Positions 24,501 through 35,842 of a DNA stretch of 64,000 nucleotides are shown here, in pieces. The stretch covers positions 50,220,001 through 50,284,000 of the forward strand of contig NC_043001.1 of the NCBI RefSeq assembly GCF_006345805.1, read 5' to 3'. This stretch comes from Octopus sinensis (taxonomy: Eukaryota). The stretch's first letter is position 1; each line of letters starts with the position of its first letter. Both the position numbers and the translations under genes were made by a program. The notes under the pieces were generated by a model. It ran no database searches. It was not told where the DNA came from and saw only the letters and a program-made list of their open reading frames with translations.

Positions 24501-24555
24501 TAAAATTTCTAGGTGCAATTCCATAGTGATCCATAATCAAAGGGAGGTCTTTACC
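21518..24555 (-). mobile_element. Degenerate R4/Dong-type LINE, second subfamily
   Basis: Fragments QFGLDKCAKAT...ELNARN...INTLAIPV (22800..23144) and MHHPKADIERLYLPRKEGDRGL (22487..22813); (AAT)n tail at 21298-21517. Confidence 0.85.
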
Positions 24556-24699
24556 CTATTATTATTTATTATTATTATCATTTCATTGTAGGTAAGCCCC
24601 CACACATTATGTCTGTAATAGTATTGTCCCCTTCATCCTTCTCCCTGGTGGCAAATAAAAGAAATCATTATTATTATCATTATTAATATTACTATTATT

Positions 24700-27130
24700 A
24701 TTGTTGTAATTAGGTTTTAATGTTTGCACACGGACAGCACAGATTATAGCCCCTTTTTTCGGTTTTAAATCACTTTTAGTCATCCATAACCAAATTTTTC
24801 CTCTGTCTGTCTTAACTTCAACATCCCTCTGAAATTGCCTATGCATTCTTTTCTTTATCCACCTATTTTCCGTTTCATTCATTCTCAAGTCCTTGTACAG
24901 TGCGTTATCTTTGCAATCTTCCATCCTACACAAGCATGACTTTCTTACTTCCAATGATAGTGGTTCTGTGGCATTTTTACTTACCATACTATGTTGTTTT
25001 CTTCTGCTCTAATGCTGTGTTTGCATCATATCAGTCCCTTTCACCCTCTTTTTCTTGGTACATACATTCTGTCTGTGTCACTTTTGGGGTAGAGTATCCC
25101 ATATCTATTCAGAAATTTATCTTTCTATCTAAGCTGTTTAATTCATCTACTGTCCATGCGATTATCCCTGCTCCATATCTAAGTTGTGAAACCGCCCAGG
25201 TGTTGATAGCTTCAATCTTATTCGATTTGAGGATCAGTCTCAATCTGCGCAAGTACTCCACCTTAAATTTTTCTTTCTCCATCAATTTATCTATTTCCAA
25301 TATCCCCAAGTATTTAAAGCCCGTCTTTTCTATCTGCTTCATAAACTCTCCCGACGCTATCGTTAGCCCATCTATACATTTGAGTTTGTCTCTCTTCAAG
25401 TCTAACACACCACACCTTTTCAGTCCGAACTCCATTCTGATATCAGCATTGAAAGTATACACCGTGTCAACGAGAGAACTGACTTGGGTTTCATTTTTAC
25501 CATAAAGTTTGAGGTCATCCATGAATAACAAGTGGTTGACTTTTTGTAAGCGGCTTTCGAATACATACCAAACCTTTGCTTTCCTCAAAATCATTGTTAG
25601 TGGTATCATGCACAATACAAAATTCAGTGGGGACAGGTAGTCCCCTTGGAAGATGCCTCTCTTGACTTCTATTGTCCCTAAACTTCTTCCATATGCTGTC
25701 AGTTCCGTCCTCCATTTCGTCAAATATTTTCTAAGAAATTGCTCAACATCGACATTCGATGCAATAACAAAGAGGTTCATACATTCCATAATCCAAGAAT
25801 TTGGGATCGTATCGTACGCCTTACGATAATCGATTCATGAAATGGCAATGTTAGTTTTCTTCCGCTTGCAGTCTCTAAGTACAGTTTTGTCTTCTGCATT
25901 TACGCTTGCAACCCTTCTTCTCAGGTGGTAGGACTCCATTTTTTCAAGATCTTCGTACATTGACTTTGTGAGTATTCCAATCAATATCTTCCACATAAGT
26001 GGCAAACAGGATATCGGCCTGTAATTGTCTACCGTATTGCCTTTTTCGATATTTTTCAAGCACTGCACTGTCCTATCTATTGTCAACCACTCTGCTGTTA
26101 CTTGGTCGGTATTTAACAAGGTGTTGAGTTGTGCAGCTATTCGTGCATGACATTCACTAAATCTTTTGATTCATAGCCTTGAACTCCATCTGGTCCCGGG
26201 GCCACCCTGTTACCCATTTTTTGCTAATTTCCTTCACTTCCGTAACTGAAATGATTAGTTCTGCTTGTTTTGGACAGAATACTGTTTGTTTCAGTTCTTT
26301 CAACCATTCAGCATCCTTCTTGTGCTCTTTGTCTTTGATCCAGATGTCACTCCAAAACCTTTGACTTTCATTGTTATTCGGTATCAACTTTCGTATGTAC
26401 AATCTCCTTTTATTTCTTTGTAGAATCTCTTTTGATCTACTCCGAATAACCTATTTTGGTGGTATCCTTTCGTTCTTTGATCGTGTCTTACCATCTTTGC
26501 TTTCTCTGCAACGAAGCGTTGTTTCAGTTCCTCCATTACAACTTTCAGGCCCTTTCTTTCAATATCATACTTCCTTTTCAGTGCCTTGTATTTTTGTTCG
26601 CTTTTAAGCTCCTCATTCTCTTTTCGGTCTAACACAGAAATATCCAACGAGAGCATATCTAACCCCAACCGTATTCTCCTTTTCTACCATGGATCTTTAC
26701 TTTTGTCACTCCGATTATATTTCTCTTTCTTGACATCAACACCCACATTTTCTGCTACAAAGATACTTGCTGCATTGATCAAATTGTTTGTTTCTGTGAT
26801 GTATTTTGTTCTGATGTATTTCAGAATTTCATTCGCATTTTTCGTTTCTTGGTTCAATTTCCACCGATGCACCTTTTTCGGGTTGCAAAAAAAGCCGCTA
26901 TCGTACTCTTGTAGCCTTGCCCTTTTTCTGTCGTAGATCCCCTAAGATGAACACCATTTTCGTCTACGGGGTTGCTCAGGTATTAACACTTCATGACCAC
27001 AGCATTGACTTTTTCGTTCCATCAACGCCGTGTGTGCTGGTCTCTTGCTGGATAACGACCGACTGGAGCCGCATCATTATCTTTGAGCCTGCAGGGTACA
27101 ACGCTGTCACCATCAAGGGCTTCAGTTCCA
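24700..27130 (-). mobile_element. Degenerate R4/Dong-type LINE, third subfamily; 3' end replaced by AAT-rich repeat
   Basis: KRGIFQGDYLSPL...HLLFMDDLKLY...MEFGLKRC (25109..25789); NYRPISCLPLMWK (25835..26119). Confidence 0.85.
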
Positions 27131-27239
27131 TTACCACCGTTATTCACACTATTATTCGAATCATCAATCGATGAACATAATATTCGAATATTATTCACAT
27201 AATATTCAAATCATCAATCGATGAACATAGTATTCCTTA

Positions 27240-28790
27240 CAGGATACAGTTCTTTTGGAAGTGATTCCTCAAGCTTGTGGTATATCAAAGTAGTATCCAT
27301 CTTCTCCGTTAACAAAAAGCAAGGGATATTGTAAAGTATGATATGAACGATGAGTTTCATTTAAGAACGTGATGCTATTGTCACAATACTTCAAAACAAT
27401 ATCTCGTTCTCCAACAATAATAATTGCCACTTCATTACACTCAAGAACATTGAATCGACGGACATGTTCTCCTGCTGGTCTTTTGTCGGCATCAATGACA
27501 ACTTGAAAGTCCGCAGTTGAAGTATATTCTAAAGCATACTGAAAGCTTCTCACATAAGAATTCTTTTCGTAAAGCATTTCTTGAAGCTTAAAAAGAAATT
27601 CAAATCTTGTACCTGGACAATTATTGCTGCAACACTGTGCTTCTTTTTGAACGTCACCTATAAAATATATTTGAAAAAATTGTGTATCTTTATTCTGTAA
27701 AGGCTTAAGAGATAAATTTGTCCTTGCACTTTAAAAGTCAGCATAAATCCACTTAAGTTTTGCCCGAAATGATGTCATTTGAAAAGCACAATTGTATGCT
27801 AGAATATTTTTAAGAAAGTGTTTTGATTCTGAAGTGGTACCCAAAACAGGATGTTTTATAAGTTCTTGAGGCTCAGTTATTAGTAAATGGACTTTACCTT
27901 TATAACAACACATACCTAATGGTTCCTTGCCTCACTTCCTAACACCACACTTTTCCCATGTTTCGCACATAGAGCCCAGGGGGACAATTTTTTCAGATGC
28001 ATAACTTACGATTAGGATCATAATTAAATGCTACACCTTGCCATTGAAATCGCCAATACGTTTTCTGCTGATTTTCTCTGGAAAGCTTTCTCCTTTTTAA
28101 TCGTATTTTTCGGCCGCTTTCACTCTTGTTTTCTATTTATTCTACCTTTTCTCTCCTTTTTGCAATCGTATTTCTTTGACTTTTTTATTTTCTTCTACGT
28201 TTATATTTCTATAATTTTCCTTCTTTCTCTGCAATCTTATTCCCATATCTTTATCACCTTCTTGTTCTCTTGTCCTCCTCTCATACTCCCTCATTTCTCG
28301 CAACCTCACTTCCCGATGGTTTTTGCTTTCTTCTGCGCTTTTCATATTAAGTATTTGAATTCTCATTCTTTTGACTTTTTTACTGTCGTGTGATATTTCA
28401 TTTCCTCATGGTTGTTTATGGGAAAGAGAGCATCATAGTGACCGCTGTCAATTTCGCCACTGTACAACAATGAAATCTTCCTTTCTGTAAATGTTTGCTG
28501 CAAACGGTGAACAGAGGAAGAATAATTTCATCGTCATTTTTGTGGTGAACCTGAATTGTAACATTGTACAATTCACTAATAGCAGCTAATTCCACATTAC
28601 TAATGTATGTTCTATCCCTAATCATGTATGCTTGGTATTCCTGCGTTGTCCTATTAGGAATAAAAGAATGAAAATACTTCCAATTATTGCATATGTATCG
28701 CACGGACTCTTTCCGAAGTGTTCGGTAATTTGTGTTGTTTTTGAGCATGAGTGACACAACTCTGAACATGTAGTTATCATCACCCATGAC
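27240..28790 (-). mobile_element. Helitron 5' coding region: OTU protease domain, charged coiled-coil linker and Rep N-terminal part (pseudogenised)
   Basis: 28416..28787 GDDNYMFRVVSL...VELAAISELYNV, plus frameshifted LLYSGEIDSGHYDALFP (OTU His box). 27731..27913 CCYKGKV...YNCAFQMTSF. 27269..27577 KRPAGEHVRRFN...NEVAIII...HRSYHTLQYPLLFVNGEDGY. Confidence 0.85.
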
Positions 28791-29352
28791 TTTATTAAAG
28801 GGGTGAATTAATAAATTAATGTAATTGTTGAATATTTTTCAATAAATTCAGTAAAGAACTTCACCTTCAGTTTAAACTTTAGATGGTTTCGTGAACAGAA
28901 CGTGACAGAAAATTACAACACCAAAACGGATAAGATACTAAGTGATAACAATTTCTCATTTAGAAATCTCTCTTTCTAACTTTGCGATAGATGAATGAGT
29001 GATTATAATTTTGTAAATAATAAAAACGAAATTAAGAAGGTACTTCACTATCAATGTTGACTTGAAACATCGTCTTCGTGAAAAAGAAAATGATTTGACT
29101 TTAAGAATTTAGCAGACGATAACTTCTTTATCGTCTGTTCATAAATGGAAAAATGGAATATTTCGGTTATTTCCGGATAATTTCGGTTAAAACGTTGTCA
29201 AATATACTTGTCTATAGATTTGTGAGTCTGTGCATATGTGTGCGTGTTACAGAGAGAGAGGGGGGAGGGGGGAGAGAGAGGGAGAGAGGGAGAGAGAGAG
29301 AGAAACAGACAGACAGAGACAGACAGAGAGTGAGAGACAGAGAGAAAGAGAA

Positions 29353-29383
<31 letters not shown>

Positions 29384-30026
29384 CGCGAGCGAGAGAGGAC
29401 AGATTGAAAGCACGCGCATGTCTATCTCTAAATGACAACTGTATTAACGTTACTATTCCACTGCTACTCCATATTTGTTGCTTATACAACTCTATTCTTC
29501 CCTTTTCTGATATCAGTCACATTCTCCATTCCAGTGGCTCCCAAACTATGCCTGTGTGTGTGCGTGTGTTTGTGTGTACACATACACAGACACACACACA
29601 CACAAATACATACACATATATAGGCCTGTGTGTGTGTCCATACATGCATACATTCAGATGGGTCGCGAACGGAATCTTAGTGGGTCGCAAAAAGTTATAA
29701 AATTACGCATTAGCTTTGGTTAACTACTGTCTATCGAGATAGTTCAAGGCTTATGTTTTCAATACCAAACTTGTTGTTTTATCAAGCAGTAGGCTTTTTC
29801 ACGGAATTAACAAATCAGAGGTTGTCATTTTCTCAACTTATTTATTCGTACGTAATCGTAAAAAAGGAAAGGTCCGTTTTTACCTATTTATAGAGAACTT
29901 TAACAAGGCGAAGTATAACACTGATCGAGCCGATAACAGTTACTACTTCAAGGTTTTGTATTAGTGTTAGTATTTACACATAGGGTATAGAGACATTGAA
30001 ACAGTTATAAAACGTTTTGTTTCACA

Positions 30027-32007
30027 TCTCTATATATAAAACTGAAATGCGTTTTTACCGCTTGGATCGCTTTCAATGCCACTACGTCCCGTCTGATTCG
30101 CTCCAAAATTTACAGGGACATGTAGAATGAGGTGACGATGCCCGTGGGCTACCGTAGAAATATCTAGCTTAAAAGGTGTGGTTGCTAGGGGCCATCTTCC
30201 TCACTCACGCTATTTCCTCCTTTCCCTCTCTTACTCCCCTTCATGTATAACTTTGAGATATCCACACCCGTTATTTAATGTATTCCCCTCAACTCCCTTT
30301 CACTTTCCCTTTTTAAGTTCGTCAGACGGCGTTCTTTGATGTACCTGTCTGCATTCATAGGAGAATTATCATCGCCACAACTTATGTATATTTCTTCCTC
30401 ACTCACTCACTCTTTTTCCTAATGATAATTATCATCGCCACCACCAACACCACCAACAAACAATACTCACTCTATTTCATACAAACGGCCTTCTTTTATG
30501 TATCTGTCTGTGTGAAAGAGAGAGATAACTGAAATTTTTTACTCGATTTTTGTAGTGCTTGCGTGTGTATGCATGTATGTGTATATGTATGTATGCATGT
30601 ATGTGTGTGTGTGTATGTATCTATGTATGAGTGTGTATGTATGTGTATGTATGTGTGTGTATGTGTGTATGTGTGTGTATGTATGTGTGAGTGTGTATGT
30701 TTGTATGTGCCTTTGCCTGTTTATGTAACGGTCTGCTATGTAGAAAATAGTGAGGTTGACTCAATGGAAATACATACATACACACACACATACATACACA
30801 CACATATACACATACATACACACACATACATACACATACATACACACACACATACATAGATGCAAACCTATGTTAAAAGTGCTGGCAAGTTTGCATGACA
30901 ACTATTTTTTTTCCTCAAATGAAAGGCGTGACCTCTAGGACAAAATTCCTCATCTTATAAAATGTGGCCCCAGTACACCCGAATGAAATCGCGTTATATT
31001 AATCAAAATGTGAAAAGGGGTCTAAATGGGGCTGGAAAGGGATTAAAATTTAAAGGAGCGGGTGTTTAGGAATTCTCTGTTACATCAAGCTAAAAAATTT
31101 GCGCCAGCCTTTTAATCGTCAATGTGTTGCCGTCCATGATGAAGAAGTTTTGAATGCTTGCCATGGTGAGTCTACTGTTGTGAAAAAGAATCACTTCAAA
31201 ACTTGGTGTTTAGGGATTTTCTTTTACATCAAGTTCAAAATTTTACGCCAGCCATTAAACTGTCAAAACGTTGCTGTCCGTCGTTAAGAAATGCCAGCCA
31301 TGCTGACTCTACTACCCTCAGATTCTATCCCTTCAAACTTTGGTTTCCAATATTTTATTAATTTTATTCAGTTCGCATGTTCGTCTGTCCCTTTTAAATG
31401 TTAGTGTTTTGCTGTCTGCCTTGAAGCAGACCTTTCTGTTGTTACTGCCTGATATTTATGATTGATCTTTCTAAATATTTTATTTCTCAACTTACTCAAG
31501 ATCTTTTGTTGTTTATAAATGGGAGAGAGATAGATAAAGATAGAGAGTAAGAGAAAGTGAGGGAGAGTCCGAGAGAAAGGAAGAGTAAGAGAGTGGGGAA
31601 AGTGAGAGAGAAACAAAGAGGGAGAAACATTATCATCATCATCATCGTTTAACGTCCGTTTTACGTGCTAGCACGGGTTGGACAGTTTGACCGGGGTCTG
31701 GGAAGCCAGGAGGCTGCACCAGGCTCCAGTCCGATCTGGCAGTGTTTCTACAGGTGGATGCCCTTCCTAACGCCAACCACTCTGTGAGCGTAGTGGGTGC
31801 TTTTTTAGTGCCGCCGGCACAGGTTCCAGGGGGGCTGGCAACAGCCACGATCGGTTGGTGCTTTTTACGTGCCACCAGCACAGAAGCCAGTCAAGGCGGC
31901 GCTGCAATCCGCCACGTTCGGATGGTGCTTTTTACGTGCTGAAAGGAAGCAACAGAAAGTAACAACCACACTCTTACCCGCGTGTAGAGCGGGTCACCTT
32001 CAGCTAG
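30027..32007 (+). mobile_element. Non-autonomous Helitron nested in the hAT element
   Basis: A|TCTCTATATATAAAA 5' end; subterminal hairpin acccgc-gtgtaga-gcgggt; CTAG|T 3' end; inserted between A and T. Confidence 0.8.
31631..31935 (-). mobile_element. RTE-type retroposon 3' end nested in the Helitron
   Basis: Reverse complement of the 316-490 family with (GAT)n tail. Confidence 0.7.
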
Positions 32008-32409
32008 TTTAATATAAATAGCAAAAAATTTTAATAAATAAGACATTATGGATTTCACTAGTAAGTATATAAATTATTAAAAAACTATAGGTGTGATCAC
32101 CAGGAGGCTATCAATTAGCCAATGAAATGATTGGAATAGACAGCAGCTAGACGGTAGATAGATCAATAGATGTTAATTCTATTATTGAGTGTAGCAAGAA
32201 ACAGGCTCATCCTTCCCACAGGCCTCACTGAAGATGTAATCTGAAATAAATTTGTTAATTTCATTAATGTTTTTACTCAGTAGAGTTAAGTGGGCCGTCA
32301 TAAACTGGTGTGATAAATAGTGGGTCGCGACACTAAAAAGTTTGGGAACCACTGCTCCATGCCATTATATTTCCCTTCACAGTATCGCTCTTGCACTCTT
32401 CTTATTTCA

Positions 32410-33790
32410 TAAGTTATAAGATAATTAGCCGGGAATATTTTAATACCACCTCGTATGTTTAGAATGTAATCTAAGACGTTATTGTGTGTGTATTATTATC
32501 CTTCTCTAACTGTGAGTAAACGCGCTAAGTTAGGTCATATTTAGGCTAAGCATATAGCCAAGACTGGAACATTTTCCTGGTTGGTAACAAAAATTTAACT
32601 AGTCTTTGTCATTTAATTTAAATAATGCTGTTGTTGATACAATGCTGGTGATAATTAATAGACATTTTGAATGTTTCAGTTGCCTGGAAACCTGGTCATG
32701 AAAAGACAAAATGTAAACTAGGATACTTGATAACAGTTAATAGTAGTGGCAAAGGAAAATGTATGGATATGTTTAAAATTTCACACTCATATATATATAT
32801 ATGTGTGTGTGTGTGTATCTGTGTACACACACACACAGACACACACACAAATACATACACACACATATGCCTGTGTGTGTGTCCATATATGCATACATAC
32901 AATACACTCACGCGCACACACACACATATATATATATATACAGACATATAGACGCCTACCTATATGCATACATTCATATAAATATCTCCCTCCTTTTATA
33001 CTCAACGGCGAAAAGAATACTGCGTGAACCAATTGATTTGGCAAGCAAGGTCTTATTTCCGTAAGTGGGATCAGCATGCCATAATACCAGCAAAAGAAAG
33101 GTCTCAAACACAGAGTGCATTCTCTCGCTATGACTTCATACGTCTGCTATTATTCGGTATACGTGGCTTTTAACAGTTAGAACTTCCATCTGCAAGTTGT
33201 TTGCAACTAATAATCGCAGACAACATTGTCGTTATCTACCTTATGTATGTATATATTCATATATGTATATATGTGCATATATAAATATATATGTATGTAG
33301 CTATGCATATATGTTTGTTTCATTTGAAGTGAATAAATCACTCAAGCTCAAGTCGTTATAGTGTAGACCAACTGTTTTCTCCCACATTTAGTTTAATCCC
33401 GAAAGCAGAAAAAGTTTGCTTTCATGTTCGAGAATTAATACTGATGTTTCTAAGAAATTAGTTAAAGCTGTACTTTACAGTATTTACTGAATATATATAT
33501 ACACACATATATATCTCATAGTAACTCGCCCAGAAAAAATGTAAGAAAATTATTATTATTTCTTGTTATTGTTGATGCTGTTGTGGTCGTTGGTACTGAT
33601 GCTATTGTTTAGCCGCAGGTCAACCTTAAATAAGCAGTTCTATTATACGAAGCAATCCATCTCCGACCACTACCCTGTTTATAGATATGTAATGCCCACT
33701 CGAAAGTTTCTATCCAATGTATCCTTTTCTAAAAATTTAAGGGATGATATGAGGGATATTTAGTTGTCATTTTTAGCATAAACAATGATC
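32410..33790 (+). promoter_or_regulatory. Conserved upstream module of gene copy A (putative promoter and 5' UTR exon; candidate donor at 33541)
   Basis: Colinear with 56790-58250 upstream of the intact gene; GTAAGA at the equivalent position in both. Confidence 0.45.
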
Positions 33791-34185
33791 TGAGATTGCT
33801 TTCGTTCTCCTACCATTCTTGGAATCCCTATAAAATGGTGTTGCATTTTTCCATTCTGTCTGAGCAGCGGAGAAAAACTGGATACATTGACCCCATAGAA
33901 ATAGTGGTGAAGTTATTTTACCATGCGCACTGTATAAGGAAATACGTAAGAGTTTACAACAATATAATTCGTCTCTGTACAGTCTCCTAAATACTCATAA
34001 TTAAAAAATGGCATTTAAATTTTATCGAACAAAGGCGTGGTAAAACAACTTGCTTCCCAACCACATGGTTTGAGATGCAGTCTTACTGAATCAAACCTTG
34101 GGCAAGTGTTTTCTACTATAGCCTCGAGCTGACCAAACCGTTGTGAGTGGATTTGGTAGACAGAAACTGAAAGAAGCCCATCGTA

Positions 34186-34220
<35 letters not shown>

Positions 34221-34299
34221 GCTTTCGGTGCGAATGGCTTTTTACACGGTGCCGCTTTTACAATCTTGTAAATAATAATAATGGTATATTTATATAAGC

Positions 34300-35435
34300 T
34301 TAAAGCGATCACCGTGCATTGGCTGAGGAAAATAGTCTAATAAAGAGGCATATAAACCATCAACAGAAAAATAGAAGGCTTTCCTATCCGTATGGGAGTT
34401 GAACCCACATCCCTTTGTTAACGCGACTAAGTGTATTACCTTTTCACCAGCGAATCAAACTTTCTTTTCCTGTGAAATTTAAGAACTATAATAGTTCGTG
34501 TTTGTTTCATTATTATTTACAGTATTGTAAAAACGGCGCCGCATAAAAAAAAAAACCGAAAGCATATAGAAAGTTTATTTACATATCCACGCGGATAGGA
34601 AATCCTTCTGTTTTTTTTATGCCCCTTTATTATACTATTTTCGGATCTTTTCGGTTTGAACGGCAGTTTTTTCTAGCGGTGTCATGAAATTGTCACTCAA
34701 AATTATGACCCTAGTATCGATCTATTGCATTTCAATCTGTTTTAGGGTTAGGGTTAGTTAGGGTTAGGTTTAGGGTTAGGGGTGGGGAGAAGGGTATCTT
34801 TTTTTTCTTCACGAAAATAAATAAACCCAATCTGTTTCTTAAACGAGGGACATATTCATACGGCACAGAATGTTTTTTTTTACCTCAATAGACGTATTTG
34901 ATTGGTTGAAATTGCAGAAATTGAAGAAAGAAACAACAAATATCTTACAAACTATAGAATTTTCTCAATAATGCCAAGAGAAAAAGATGTTTTATAAACA
35001 CATTCTACCAGTATACGAAGTTTAAAATTTTTAGTTACCTAGAAATTATGTTAAAAACTGCCGTTCAAACCGAAAAGATCCCTATTTACCCTAGTTATTG
35101 CACGGTGGTCGCAATAAGCTTTAAGCTTATATAAAAATACCATTATTATTATTAACAGTATTGTAAAAACGGCACAGTATAAAAACCATTCGCACTGAAA
35201 ACACATAGGAAGTTTGTTTACATACAAAAGATACAAACAAACACGAACTATTATAGTTCTTAAATTTCCCAGGAAAAGGGAGGCTAATTGGCTAGTATAA
35301 AGGTAACACAGTCACGTTAACAAAGGAATGTGGGTTCGACTCCTATGCAGATAGAAAAGCCTTCTTTTCTCTGACGAGGGTTTATTTGCCCCTTTATTAG
35401 ACTATTTTCCTTAGTCAATGCACGGTGATCGCCAA
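34300..35435. repeat. About 200-bp inverted repeats with a tRNA-like segment, enclosing the MITE
   Basis: 34300-34505 is the reverse complement of 35235-35435; B-box-like ggttcgactcc at 35333-35343. Confidence 0.7.
34643..35081. mobile_element. MITE with 28-bp TIRs and an internal TTAGGG-like tract (duplicate at about 44702-45141)
   Basis: ggatcttttcggtttgaacggcagtttt / aaaactgccgttcaaaccgaaaagatcc; flanks ctattttc and ctatttac (8-bp TSD, one mismatch). Confidence 0.8.
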
Positions 35436-35446
35436 AAATACTATTA

Positions 35447-35538
<92 letters not shown>

Positions 35539-35842
35539 ATACTTACGTGGGTTGGATGTGTGTGTGGGGAGATGTTTGTGGCTCGGCAAATTGATCGATA
35601 AAATAAGTACCAGGCTTAAAAATTAAGTATTGGGGTCGATTCATTCAACTAAAAGCTCAAAGTGGGCACCAGCAGGGCTGCAGTATAATGGCTGAAAATA
35701 GTTAAAGAAGTTTTTATCGACTCCGAACGGATAAGACGACCTCAGCGAAATTTGAAGTATATAAAGACAGACAAAACACCACAAAGCATTTTATCCGGCA
35801 TGTAAACAATTCTGCCAGCTTCTAAGAACCATCAAATACCAT

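Larger units (their letters stand above)
29532..32354. mobile_element. hAT-type non-autonomous DNA transposon carrying nested insertions
   Basis: TIRs cagtggctcccaaact / agtttgggaaccactg; 8-bp TSD ctccattc (29524-29531) vs ctccatgc (32355-32362). Confidence 0.85.

Noticed and set aside
34742-34785. True telomere or chromosome fusion scar
   Set aside because: Short degenerate TTAGGG tract inside a TIR element with a TSD.
35290-35350. Functional tRNA gene
   Set aside because: B box present but acceptor and anticodon stems do not pair convincingly; it is part of a repeat arm.
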